Source of the DNA: an uncultured bacterium
Lineage (GTDB): Bacteria; Bacillota; Clostridia; Lachnospirales; Lachnospiraceae
Direction: 5' to 3'
DNA: 39,766 bases
Assembly (NCBI GenBank): GCA_945871045.1
Contig: CAMBUC010000001.1
Coordinates: 1 to 39,766, forward strand
Below the pieces are notes generated by a model. It was given only the letters and a program-made list of their open reading frames with translations. It was not told the DNA's origin and searched no databases. The position numbers and the translations under genes were made by a program. This document shows positions 17,817 to 26,978 of the stretch, piece after piece; position 1 is the first letter of the stretch; every line of letters begins with the position of its first letter.

Positions 17817-18221
17817 ATGGAAGAACTGGCAAAAAATCTGAAGGATATAGCGAAAATCCGTCGTGAGATCAAAGGGTTGGAGCTTATGATTCACAGCAAC
17901 CGAAAGACAATGGCAACGGATGTCGTTTCCGGATCCTCGGATGAATTCCCTTATAGCGTCCGTCATTTCCGAATTGAGGGCGTGGACCAGTCGAAGGAAA
18001 GCGCATTACAGGTCAAACTTCGGCATAAGAAAAAGAAACTGGAGAGGGAATTGCTAAAAGTGGAAAAGTATCTGGATCAGATCGAGGATCCTGAGATTCG
18101 GCAGATTGTACGATTACGGGATGAATTAGGGATGTCTTGGAATGATGTAGCGGCAAAGTGCGGCAGTACAATTGCAGCTGTAAAAATGAAACACAAGAGA
18201 TTTTTGGATAAAATTTTCTAA
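17817..18221 (+). CDS. Late-gene transcriptional activator (RinA/ArpU-like, C-terminal HTH)
   Basis: IRQIVRLR..GMSWNDVAAKCG; last gene before terminase; SD AGGAGG. Confidence 0.78.
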   Translation: MEELAKNLKDIAKIRREIKGLELMIHSNRKTMATDVVSGSSDEFPYSVRHFRIEGVDQSKESALQVKLRHKKKKLERELLKVEKYLDQIEDPEIRQIVRLRDELGMSWNDVAAKCGSTIAAVKMKHKRFLDKIF

Positions 18222-18222
18222 A

Positions 18223-18255
18223 TGTTACCCTTGTTACTTTTTTTCTTGTTACTGT
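18223..18255 (+). promoter_or_regulatory. Probable activator-dependent late promoter
   Basis: TGTTAC direct repeats at 18223, 18232, 18247; TG-T-TACTGT extended -10-like; no clear -35. Confidence 0.55.
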
Positions 18256-18328
18256 GGTATCAAGGAAATGTGTATGATGTGATAAGCGTACATTTTGTCC
18301 TCCTTTCATGATGATATTGGATAACGGT

Positions 18329-18365
18329 CAACAAAACCCTGTCGCAGAGCGGCGGGGTTTTGTTG
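18329..18365. terminator. Strong hairpin before terS
   Basis: CAACAAAACCCTGTCGC-aga-GCGGCGGGGTTTTGTTG. Confidence 0.7.
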
Positions 18366-18390
18366 TTGTCAGAAAAGGCAGGTGAGAACC

Positions 18391-18873
18391 ATGGCAAAAT
18401 TAACAGAAAAACAGAAACGCTTTTGCGATGAGTATCTCATCGATTTAAACGCGACACAGGCCGCGATTCGGGCCGGGTACAGCGCGAAAACCGCCGGAAG
18501 GATAGGCGGGGAAAACTTGAAAAAACTTGAAATTATAAAGTATATAGATCAGCGGATGCAGGAAATTAAATCGCAGCGTACAGCGGATGCTGCGGAGGTG
18601 TTGGAGACTCTGACCGCGGTGATGCGCGGCGAAGTCAGGGAAGAAATTCCTCTGTTGTGCGGGGAAGGCTGCCAAAAGTTAGTTGAGAAAAACACGGCGG
18701 TGAAAGAACGATTGAAAGCGGCGGAGCTGTTAGGAAAACGTTACCGTTTATTTGAAGAAGATGGAAGCAAACGAGACGCAGGTGCAATCGCAGACTTCCT
18801 GAAGGCGCTGCATCCGAAACCGGAAGACATCACCGCACTATATGAACAAGACGATGGCAAAGAAGAGCAGTAG
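18391..18873 (+). CDS. terS: Terminase small subunit
   Basis: LTEKQKRFCDEYLIDLNATQAAIRAGYS..KAAELLGKRY. Confidence 0.95.
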   Translation: MAKLTEKQKRFCDEYLIDLNATQAAIRAGYSAKTAGRIGGENLKKLEIIKYIDQRMQEIKSQRTADAAEVLETLTAVMRGEVREEIPLLCGEGCQKLVEKNTAVKERLKAAELLGKRYRLFEEDGSKRDAGAIADFLKALHPKPEDITALYEQDDGKEEQ

Positions 18874-20146
18874 TTTTCGATTTCTACCGTTTTCGGCAAA
18901 ACAGCAGCGCCTGATGAACTGGTGGCGGGAAGGCAGCCCTTATCGGAACCGCGATATCATGATCGCGGACGGTTCCATCCGATCTGGCAAGACGATCGCC
19001 TGCATCTGTTCATTTCTGATCTGGTCGATGGAGTGTTTTTCCGGGCAGAATTTTATCCTTTCGGGAAAGACGATCGGGTCCCTGAAAAAGAACGTGATCG
19101 GTCCGATGCTGCAGATATTGACTGCGTGGGGAATCCCTTATCGGTATGTGCGCAGCGGAGAGCAGTATATTGAAATTGGTACGAACACTTATTACCTGTA
19201 TGATGCGCATAATGAAAGTTCACAGGACAAGATTCAGGGACTGACGGCAGCCGGTGCGCTGGCAGATGAAGCCGCTCTGTTTCCCCGGAATTTTATCGAG
19301 CAGATGATCGGACGATGCTCTGTCGAAGGTGCAAAAATCTTCATGAACTGCAATCCGGAGAGTCCTGCACATTATGTAAAGACGGAGCTGCTGGATAAGG
19401 CAGAAGAGAAAAACATCTATCATCTTCATTTCACGATGGACGACAATCTCGCGTTATCCCCGAAGACAAAAGAAAAGTTTTACCGCATGTTTACCGGCGT
19501 TTTCTATAAACGTTTCATTTTGGGATTGTGGGCGGCGACAGATGGTCTGATCTATCAGCAGTTTGCCGATGAAAAAGAACGTTTTCTGCTGAATGCGGCT
19601 CCTTCAGATATTCAGTATGCAGTAATCGGCGTAGACTTTGGAGGAACGAAGTCCGCGCATAGTTTTACACTGACGGGGTTGACGAAAGGATTTCGCCAGA
19701 TCGTCATACTGGACGAATTTTATCATGATAACAAGAAGAATGGGCGGCTTTCACCGAAACAGGTGGAGGACGCTTTTGTTGATTTTGTCCGCAGAGCAAA
19801 GCGGCGCTACCGTGTTTATGAAGCTTATTGTGATAGCGCGGAACAGACTTTGATCGAAGGCCTGACGGTAGCGTCGGTACGCTCACGACTGGGCGTCGAT
19901 GTAAAAAATGCGCAAAAACGACCGATCAATGACCGAATTGCATTCTATAACAGTATGATTGCTCAGGATCGCTTTCGGATTATGAAATCATGTACCGCAC
20001 ATATCAAAGCGTTTGAAGAGGCGGTGTACGATCCAGACGAACCGGTGAAAGATATCCGGCTGGACGACGGGACAACGGATATCGACAGTCTGGACAGCAT
20101 GGAATATGCGACCGAGAGCATACAGGATGACATTATGTATCTGTAA
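18854..20146 (+). CDS. terL: Terminase large subunit (PBSX-like)
   Basis: DGSIRSGKT, ALADEA, NCNP, GVDFG, DSLDSMEY. Confidence 0.93.
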   Translation: MAKKSSSFRFLPFSAKQQRLMNWWREGSPYRNRDIMIADGSIRSGKTIACICSFLIWSMECFSGQNFILSGKTIGSLKKNVIGPMLQILTAWGIPYRYVRSGEQYIEIGTNTYYLYDAHNESSQDKIQGLTAAGALADEAALFPRNFIEQMIGRCSVEGAKIFMNCNPESPAHYVKTELLDKAEEKNIYHLHFTMDDNLALSPKTKEKFYRMFTGVFYKRFILGLWAATDGLIYQQFADEKERFLLNAAPSDIQYAVIGVDFGGTKSAHSFTLTGLTKGFRQIVILDEFYHDNKKNGRLSPKQVEDAFVDFVRRAKRRYRVYEAYCDSAEQTLIEGLTVASVRSRLGVDVKNAQKRPINDRIAFYNSMIAQDRFRIMKSCTAHIKAFEEAVYDPDEPVKDIRLDDGTTDIDSLDSMEYATESIQDDIMYL

Positions 20147-20156
20147 GAGGTGAGAA

Positions 20157-21527
20157 ATGCAGGGAATTTTACAATATTTGAGACGCCGGGGATTTGAGTG
20201 TATCGACAGTACCTACTACGGACACATCTCTAACTGGCTCAGATGGTATCAGGGCAAGGTGATCGATTTTCATACGTATAAACAGTATAACGGTCGATGT
20301 CAGATTACCCGGGAGAGAAAGAGCCTGGGTATGGCAAAAAGCATCGCGGAAGACTGGGCGAATCTCGCGCTCAATGAAAAGCTGGATATCACCATTGCCG
20401 AGAAACGGACGCATCAGATCGTAAGTGAAGTCCTGGAACGAAATCAGTTCAAAACACGCGCCAATCAGTTAGTCGAAAAAGCGTTCGCTCTCGGCACAGG
20501 CGCTTTTGTGGAATACAAGGAAAACAACGAGACTCGTATCGACTATGTGCGGGGCAGCATGATCTATCCGTTGACTTGGCATAATGGAGAAATACGGGAA
20601 TGCGCCTTTGCATCCATGCGAACCGCAAACAAACAGCAGCAGCTGTATCTCAATATCCATCGTCTGGAGAACAATCAGTACGTGATTGAAAATCATATGT
20701 TCACTGTCAACGGGGAGACACTGGGCGGAGAAATCGATCTTCCGCCGGATGTGGAAGACGAATATCGAACCTATTCCGATATCCCTATGTTTCAGATCAT
20801 TCGACCGAATATCGTAAACAATATCGACCTGGATAACCCCATGGGGATTTCCGTGTTTGCTAACGCCATCGATCAGCTCAAAGGGATTGATCTGGTGTAC
20901 GACAGTTACTGCAATGAATTCCGTCTTGGAAAAAAGAGAATCACGATTCCCATGTCTATGGCGCGCATCGCCATGGAAGAAGACGGATCGGCACGGCCGG
21001 TATTCGATGATAACGATACCGAATTTTACGCGGTACCGGAAACACAGAACGGCGAGAACAAGATCACAGAGCACAATATGGAGCTGCGGTATCAGGCTCA
21101 TGAAGCCGGCCTGCAGACGGGGCTGAATCTGCTGTCGTATAAATGCGGCTTGGGAAAAGATCGATACAACTTCCAGGACGGTCAAGTGAAGACGGCCACT
21201 GAAGTGGTCAGCGAGAAGTCGGATCTCTTTCAGAATCTCAAGAAACACGAGCTGGTACTGCGCAATGCGATCATCGGCATGGTAAAGGCGATTGAAATTC
21301 TCGAAGGACTTTCCACAGAGCCGGAAATTACCGTGAATTTCGACGATTCCATCATCGAGGATGTAGGCGCAGAGAAACAGAGATTCCTGCAGGAGATCCG
21401 CGACGGTGTGCGCCAAAAGTGGGAATACCGGGTGAAGTTCTTCGGAGAAGACGAAACGACGGCGAAATCTATGATCGAAGAGGAAGAACCGGATCCCTTT
21501 GGATTTAGTCAGGACGGTGATGACTGA
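20157..21527 (+). CDS. Portal protein (A118/SPP1-like)
   Basis: Position, 456 aa, PMGISVF, KTATEV, FDDSII. Confidence 0.92.
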   Translation: MQGILQYLRRRGFECIDSTYYGHISNWLRWYQGKVIDFHTYKQYNGRCQITRERKSLGMAKSIAEDWANLALNEKLDITIAEKRTHQIVSEVLERNQFKTRANQLVEKAFALGTGAFVEYKENNETRIDYVRGSMIYPLTWHNGEIRECAFASMRTANKQQQLYLNIHRLENNQYVIENHMFTVNGETLGGEIDLPPDVEDEYRTYSDIPMFQIIRPNIVNNIDLDNPMGISVFANAIDQLKGIDLVYDSYCNEFRLGKKRITIPMSMARIAMEEDGSARPVFDDNDTEFYAVPETQNGENKITEHNMELRYQAHEAGLQTGLNLLSYKCGLGKDRYNFQDGQVKTATEVVSEKSDLFQNLKKHELVLRNAIIGMVKAIEILEGLSTEPEITVNFDDSIIEDVGAEKQRFLQEIRDGVRQKWEYRVKFFGEDETTAKSMIEEEEPDPFGFSQDGDD

Positions 21528-23077
21528 TGCTGACGCCGGAATTTCTTGACGTGCTGCCGGACACTCTAATAAAGCTCTATGCGCAGGCGGAGCGGGATAT
21601 CCTCATGGACATGGCGCGAAGAATCGGTGCTTATGATTATTGGATTCCTGCAGCGGAGCATCAGAAGCAGATGCTGAAAGAAATGGGCGCTGCGGAAGAA
21701 TATATCTATCAGCGTCTGTCGGAGCTGACAGGAAAGAGCACAGAAGAGCTGAAAGCCTTGTTTCTCATGGCAGCCAATGAGACATTAACGTCAGACGGAG
21801 AATATTATCAGGCGGCGGGACAGGAACCGGAGACGCTGGATACTTCCGAAAATCTGCAGAAGACTCTGACGGCAGGCATGAAGCAGACACAAAATGCTTT
21901 TAAAAATCTCACACGCACGACGGCAAAGGAAGCGACAGGCGCTTTTGTAAAGGTACTCGACCGTGCCTGGATGCAGATTTCTACCGGAGCCTTCGACTAC
22001 AACACGACGATCCGCTCAGCGGTAAAGACACTGGCAGAAAAGGGCATACAAACAGCTAACTATACGTCCGGAAAAACCACATCCGTCGAAGCAGCTGTTC
22101 GGCGAGCCGTACTGACGGGAATCAATCAGACTTCTCTGAAGATGCAGGATGCGCTCGCGGATGAAATGGACAGCGACTTAGTGGAAGTGACCGCCCATTC
22201 CGGCGCCCGGCCGGATCATGCGAAGTGGCAGGGCGGAGTCTACAGCCGTTCCGGAAAATCAAAGAAGTACCCGGATTTTAGAAAGTCTACCGGCTACGGA
22301 ACCGGTTCAGGTCTCGGCGGCTGGAACTGCCGGCATAATTTCTTTCCTTTTTTCGAAGGCAGTTCGCGTAAATATACGGAAGAACAGCTGAAAAAGCTGG
22401 AAGAAAAGGACATCGAGTACAACGGTCAGAAAATGACCAGGTACGAAGCGAGTCAGAAACAGCGGTACATAGAGCGTCAAATCCGGCGCTGGAAGCGTGA
22501 AAACGCCGCCATGCAGGCCGCAGGGCTGGATACTTACGAAAGCGCGGCTAAAATTAAGAAGTGGCAGGCTATTCAGAAAGATTTTATCAAACAGACGAAG
22601 CTGAAGCGGCAGTATGAGAGAGAGCGGGTACCAGGATTCGATTACAAGGCGGCGAAGCAGGTTGAGCGAGATATTGACGCACAGAAGAAAATTGAAAAGC
22701 AAAAACAGGAAAGATATAATAAAAAGAAAGAGGAAGCGATTCAGCTAATTAAGTCAGATACTACTTCGAAATCGATAAATCGCGGACACCAAAACAAGCA
22801 TATAAAAGATTCCGATGGATATATTGAAGGTCGAAGTTATATTTTTGGAACCTTGGAGGATGCTCAAGAACTTGTAGATCGTTATCACGGTACTGGAGAA
22901 GTGAAATTAACCGCATCTATAGAGTGGACGCACAAAGAATTTGTCGTTGCTGATGAACCGATAGGTGTGTGGATTGATAATACAACAGGAAAAGAATATG
23001 AGACCCGCCGATTCTCTATTCATTACGGTAAAAAAGGAACGCATATTGTTCCTGCAAAGGAGGTTGAGGAGGAATGA
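21527..23077 (+). CDS. MuF-type minor capsid protein fused to C-terminal Ntox50-like toxin
   Basis: EVTAHSGARPDHAKWQG..GWNCRH..YEASQKQRYIER; C-terminal QNKHI..GRSY..IHYGKKGTHIVP in AT-richer DNA. Confidence 0.88.
   Translation: MLTPEFLDVLPDTLIKLYAQAERDILMDMARRIGAYDYWIPAAEHQKQMLKEMGAAEEYIYQRLSELTGKSTEELKALFLMAANETLTSDGEYYQAAGQEPETLDTSENLQKTLTAGMKQTQNAFKNLTRTTAKEATGAFVKVLDRAWMQISTGAFDYNTTIRSAVKTLAEKGIQTANYTSGKTTSVEAAVRRAVLTGINQTSLKMQDALADEMDSDLVEVTAHSGARPDHAKWQGGVYSRSGKSKKYPDFRKSTGYGTGSGLGGWNCRHNFFPFFEGSSRKYTEEQLKKLEEKDIEYNGQKMTRYEASQKQRYIERQIRRWKRENAAMQAAGLDTYESAAKIKKWQAIQKDFIKQTKLKRQYERERVPGFDYKAAKQVERDIDAQKKIEKQKQERYNKKKEEAIQLIKSDTTSKSINRGHQNKHIKDSDGYIEGRSYIFGTLEDAQELVDRYHGTGEVKLTASIEWTHKEFVVADEPIGVWIDNTTGKEYETRRFSIHYGKKGTHIVPAKEVEEE
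22692..22720 (+). promoter_or_regulatory. Intragenic sigma-A promoter at MuF/toxin junction
   Basis: TTGAAA-N17-TATAAT. Confidence 0.7.
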
Positions 23078-23253
23078 TTCTTGCTCAGGCACAAGGTAAA
23101 CGTGTTCGGATTACGCTTAAAGATGGTAAAGTTTTCGAGGGGCTTGCGTATGACTACACCTCAGAACTTGATAATGAACCAGATCCGGAAAGCATATCAA
23201 TAGATGGTTTTGAATTGTATGTTGACGAAATTAAAGAGATAGAAGCGATATAA
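23074..23253 (+). CDS. 59-aa acidic probable immunity protein (Sm/LSM-like pattern; not in ORF track)
   Basis: ATGA overlap, SD GAGGAGG; GKRVRITLKDGKVFEG..EIKEIE. Confidence 0.75.
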   Translation: MILAQAQGKRVRITLKDGKVFEGLAYDYTSELDNEPDPESISIDGFELYVDEIKEIEAI

Positions 23254-23271
23254 TAGAATACAGGTGAAAAT

Positions 23272-23589
23272 ATGGACAACTTCAAAGTCATATACAGAAT
23301 TCTCAAACATCTGGAAGCTATGATGGACGCTTCTGAACCGGATATGTCTCCGATTACAGCGGAAAGTCTTGGAATATCACAGATGCGCTGGATCCGTCTC
23401 ATAGAAATGTTAATCAATGAGGGATATATTGAAGGTGCGGAATTGGCATACTGTTTGCGCTCATCTCTGCCGATTGTTTGTGAGAGGGAGATGAGAATTT
23501 CACTGCAAGGTTTGGAATACCTGCAGGAGAACAATCTTATGAAAAAAGTTGCAAGTGATCTAAAAGACAACACAGAAATCCTTGCATAA
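23272..23589 (+). CDS. YjcQ-family protein
   Basis: MDNFKVIYRILKHLE..LINEGYIEG..ISLQGLEYLQEN.LMKK. Confidence 0.85.
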   Translation: MDNFKVIYRILKHLEAMMDASEPDMSPITAESLGISQMRWIRLIEMLINEGYIEGAELAYCLRSSLPIVCEREMRISLQGLEYLQENNLMKKVASDLKDNTEILA

Positions 23590-23604
23590 CACAGAAGATA
23601 AATC

Positions 23605-23635
23605 AGCATCGTATCGAAAGGTACGGTGCTTTTTT
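23605..23635 (+). terminator. Intrinsic terminator
   Basis: AGCATCGTATC-GAAA-GGTACGGTGCT-TTTTT. Confidence 0.82.
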
Positions 23636-23640
23636 ATACC

Positions 23641-23730
23641 CATTTTTGACCGATCCGAAGTCGAGAAACTACGGAGCCATAGAGGAAGCGACCCTCGAGA
23701 AAAAAGCGAAGTGGAACGAGGAGGAAACAC
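23641..23730 (+). promoter_or_regulatory. Putative structured leader of scaffold gene (GP20 RNA-motif candidate)
   Basis: Non-coding; TCGAGAAA occurs twice in short-stem contexts. Confidence 0.4.
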
Positions 23731-24243
23731 ATGGAACGTAAATTTTTAGAAGATCTGGGTCTGGAAAAAGAGACTGTCGACAAGATTCTCGATCAGAACA
23801 GCGCCGACATTGGAAAACACATCAAGACCATCGGCGCTTTAGAGCTCGAGCGCGACGGTCTGAAAACGCAGTTATCCGATGCCAACAGGCAGCTGGAGGG
23901 TTTCGATCCGGAGTGGAAGAAGAAAGCGGAAGCTGCGGAAAAGAAACTGAGCGCGAAGCGCTTTGAATTCGCTCTGGAAAAAGGTCTTTCTTCTTCTGGA
24001 GCACGTAATCCGAAGGCACTGGCCGGACTGATCGACCGAGCAAAAATTTCGCTGGACGACAGCGGAGATCTGATCGGGCTGGATACGCAGATTGAAGCGT
24101 TCAAAAAGGGAGAGGATACCGCGTTTTTATTCCAACCGGCGAAATCGAGCACAGGTCTTAGCCATGAAGGAAATAAAGAACCAGGCACAGATAAAAATGC
24201 ACAGGTAAATGCGGCTCTCAGAGCGGCATTCGGAAAGGAGTAA
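23731..24243 (+). CDS. Capsid scaffolding protein (GP20-like)
   Basis: MERKFLEDLGLEKETVDKI..GARNPKA..GLDTQIE..FLF. Confidence 0.88.
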   Translation: MERKFLEDLGLEKETVDKILDQNSADIGKHIKTIGALELERDGLKTQLSDANRQLEGFDPEWKKKAEAAEKKLSAKRFEFALEKGLSSSGARNPKALAGLIDRAKISLDDSGDLIGLDTQIEAFKKGEDTAFLFQPAKSSTGLSHEGNKEPGTDKNAQVNAALRAAFGKE

Positions 24244-24249
24244 GATACT

Positions 24250-25434
24250 ATGCCAGATATGATTTCCCGCCAGCAGGCGGAAGCTCTGATTCAGGAGCAG
24301 CTGATCAATACGATTCAGCAGGACACCCCAAAAAACTCGATCTTCATGCAGCTGGCACGTCGATTGCCAAATATGACCAGTAAAACGACGCGGATGCCGG
24401 TACTCGATATGCTGCCGATGGCCTACTGGGTTAATGGAGATAATGGCTTCAAACAGACCAGCCAGCAGGCGTGGGACAACGTGTATCTCACTGCTGAGGA
24501 ATTGGCGGTGATCGTACCGATTCCGGAAGCGGTGGTTGACGATGCATCCTTTGACATCATGGGCGAGGTAAGACCACGTGTCACGGAAGCGATCGGTATC
24601 CGTGTCGATCAGGCGGCTATTTTCGGTGTTAGTCGCCCGGCAAGCTGGCGTGCGGATATCATTACTTCCGCGCGGCAGGCAGGGAACAACGTAGCGCCGG
24701 GCAGCGACTTATATAACGCTCTTCTCGGAGAAAACGGTGTAATCTCCAAAGTAGAACAGGGCGGCCGTATGGTCAACGGCGCGGTTGCTGCCATGGCTAT
24801 GCGGGGAAAACTGAGAGGAATTAAAACGACGGAAGGCATGCCGATCTTTAAGTCGGATATGCAGGGCCCGACACAGTACGCACTGGATGGTGCACCGATG
24901 TACTTCCCAATGAATGGCGCCTTTGACACTTCCGTCGCGCAGCTGATCGTCGGCGACTGGTCTCAGGCGGTGTATTCCGTCCGTCAGGATATCACGGTCA
25001 AGATTTTGGATCAGGGTGTGATTCAGGATCCGAGTACGAAAGAAATTGTATATAACCTTGCACAGCAGGATATGATCGCACTTCGTGTAGTGTTCCGTAT
25101 GGGCTGGGCTCTGCCGAATCCGGCCACCAGACTGGATGAAGATCGTCTGTACGTGCCGTTTGCTTATTTGGAGCCGGCTACGGCGGTAACAACGCAGAAG
25201 GTTACTTTTACCGTGAAGAATAACGAGGAAGAACCGGAAGCGGTAGAAGGAGCGGTCATCGATTTAGACGGGGCGCGTCTGAAGACCGGAACAGACGGAA
25301 CTGCGATTTTTAACCTGCGAAAGGGAACCTACAACGCGAAAATTTCGAAGAAAGGTTACGGTACTGTTATCGAAACCGTTAATGTCGATGCGGCAGCCGT
25401 GAGCAAAGATATCACTCTGATCCCGAAAGAATAG
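24250..25434 (+). CDS. Major capsid protein with C-terminal beta-sandwich extension
   Basis: AYWVNG..EELAVIVPIPE..IVGDWS..NLAQQDMIALR; last ~80 aa VTFTV..GAVI..TGTDG.A..GTY...SKKGY. Confidence 0.92.
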   Translation: MPDMISRQQAEALIQEQLINTIQQDTPKNSIFMQLARRLPNMTSKTTRMPVLDMLPMAYWVNGDNGFKQTSQQAWDNVYLTAEELAVIVPIPEAVVDDASFDIMGEVRPRVTEAIGIRVDQAAIFGVSRPASWRADIITSARQAGNNVAPGSDLYNALLGENGVISKVEQGGRMVNGAVAAMAMRGKLRGIKTTEGMPIFKSDMQGPTQYALDGAPMYFPMNGAFDTSVAQLIVGDWSQAVYSVRQDITVKILDQGVIQDPSTKEIVYNLAQQDMIALRVVFRMGWALPNPATRLDEDRLYVPFAYLEPATAVTTQKVTFTVKNNEEEPEAVEGAVIDLDGARLKTGTDGTAIFNLRKGTYNAKISKKGYGTVIETVNVDAAAVSKDITLIPKE

Positions 25435-25446
25435 GGAGGAAGAAGC

Positions 25447-25824
25447 ATGCTGACAGTTGATTACAGTTTTTACAGCGAGGTCTATCAAGGGACTGCAATT
25501 CGGTCGGAGGAATGGCCGGAATACGCTCGAAGCGCTGCGGTTTACTTGAATGCCGTTACTTTTGGACGAGCATCAAATGCTCTGCCTTCCCTCTTGCTGG
25601 ACAACTGTCGAATGGCATTGTGTGCCGTTGCTGATGCGGATTTTCAGCAGGACGCGGGAGGAGAAGTCGCCAGCGCCAGTAATGACGGCTACAGTGAAAC
25701 CTATGTGACCAGTCAAAAGACACCGGAGCAGCGGCGTTATGCCGCTGTAACCGGTTATCTGGCGACGACCGGTCTGCTATATCAGGGAGGTGGTGCGCCG
25801 TGTTGTTATGCACCGAAACCATAA
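25447..25824 (+). CDS. Head-tail connector
   Basis: DYSFY..ALCAVAD..SASNDGYSETY..TGLLYQG; position. Confidence 0.8.
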   Translation: MLTVDYSFYSEVYQGTAIRSEEWPEYARSAAVYLNAVTFGRASNALPSLLLDNCRMALCAVADADFQQDAGGEVASASNDGYSETYVTSQKTPEQRRYAAVTGYLATTGLLYQGGGAPCCYAPKP

Positions 25825-26144
25825 CTTTGATCCAGCCGCAGCGCACAGATGACGGCGAGGCTTACCTTCTCACAGAGATTATCGGCGCAAGCTGGTACGG
25901 AAAACGGGTGGTCACCCAGACCACAAAGGGGGCGGAACCCCAGAATACCTATATCGTGCGAATTCCGGAGTCCAACATGCCGGCCGGGGTGATGCCAAAG
26001 CGCGGAGATTTCGTTATCCGCGGCATCGTCGAGGAAATAAAACACGCGCCGGCAGACTTTGCTGACCGGGAATATTTCTGCATCACTTCGATGGGTGATA
26101 ACCGGAGAGGAAGACTGCGGCATTGGGTGGTGAGCGGATCATGA
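25800..26144 (+). CDS. Head-closure protein
   Basis: ETITL..GASW..GDFVIRG..DNRRG.L.HW; position. Confidence 0.7.
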   Translation: MLLCTETITLIQPQRTDDGEAYLLTEIIGASWYGKRVVTQTTKGAEPQNTYIVRIPESNMPAGVMPKRGDFVIRGIVEEIKHAPADFADREYFCITSMGDNRRGRLRHWVVSGS

Positions 26145-26548
26145 AGATCAATATTGATGTGGATGCAATTCTGCGAAGCCGCGGGATGGGTTCAGATGCG
26201 AAGACACAGCGATTTATCGCAAATGAAGTGGCAAATCTCTCAGATGACTATGTCCCCTTTCAAAGTGGAACGCTGAAGAACACGCGAATTATCGCAAACG
26301 ATGGGAGTTCGATCACCTATCGGGGACCTTACGCGCACTATCACTGGGTAGGCGAGATCTATGGTCCTAACATTCCACTGGGCGATGAGGGATTTTTCTC
26401 CCGCGCCCCGAAGAAACCCACCGGGCGCCAGATGGCGTACGACGGCGGCCCGATGCGGGGGCCGAGGTGGACGGAGCGGATGATGGCAAACCGAAGAGCC
26501 GATCTGATGAAACGAATTGCCGTATATGTGGGAGGAAAAGCAAGATGA
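26141..26548 (+). CDS. Neck/minor capsid protein
   Basis: YVPFQSGTL..YRGPYAHY..GPRWTERM. Confidence 0.8.
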   Translation: MKINIDVDAILRSRGMGSDAKTQRFIANEVANLSDDYVPFQSGTLKNTRIIANDGSSITYRGPYAHYHWVGEIYGPNIPLGDEGFFSRAPKKPTGRQMAYDGGPMRGPRWTERMMANRRADLMKRIAVYVGGKAR

Positions 26549-26976
26549 CGAATATCGAAGCCGTGCGCAAATGGCTGCGCACGTACGAGTCGCTTTCTTC
26601 CGGACGTCTTGGCGTGGATTTTCTTCCGGAAAAGGCACAGACCTATTCGGTGGACAGTGTGCCGGGACCGGAGATCGTAAAGAGATATCTGGATGGATCG
26701 GCGGTAAAACAGTTTGATTTCGTTCTGGCTTCCCGGGAATTCTTCGGAGATTCCATCGGACAGAACGCGGATAATCTGCAGTGGTACGAAGAGTTTTCCG
26801 CTTGGGTAGCGCAACAGAACCGACGGCCGAAGCATTTGCCGGAGCTGATGCCGGGCAGACGGGCGCAGAAAGTGGAAGTGACTACCAGCGGATACCCCTT
26901 TCAGATGACTTCTGAAGGAAAAGCCAGATATCAGATACAGCTAAAAATGACATATTTTGAGAAAGGAGCGCGGTAA
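26545..26976 (+). CDS. Tail completion/terminator protein
   Basis: KRYLDGS..QF..N..WYEEF..W..ARYQIQL; precedes tail tube gene. Confidence 0.75.
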   Translation: MTNIEAVRKWLRTYESLSSGRLGVDFLPEKAQTYSVDSVPGPEIVKRYLDGSAVKQFDFVLASREFFGDSIGQNADNLQWYEEFSAWVAQQNRRPKHLPELMPGRRAQKVEVTTSGYPFQMTSEGKARYQIQLKMTYFEKGAR

Positions 26977-26978
26977 TT

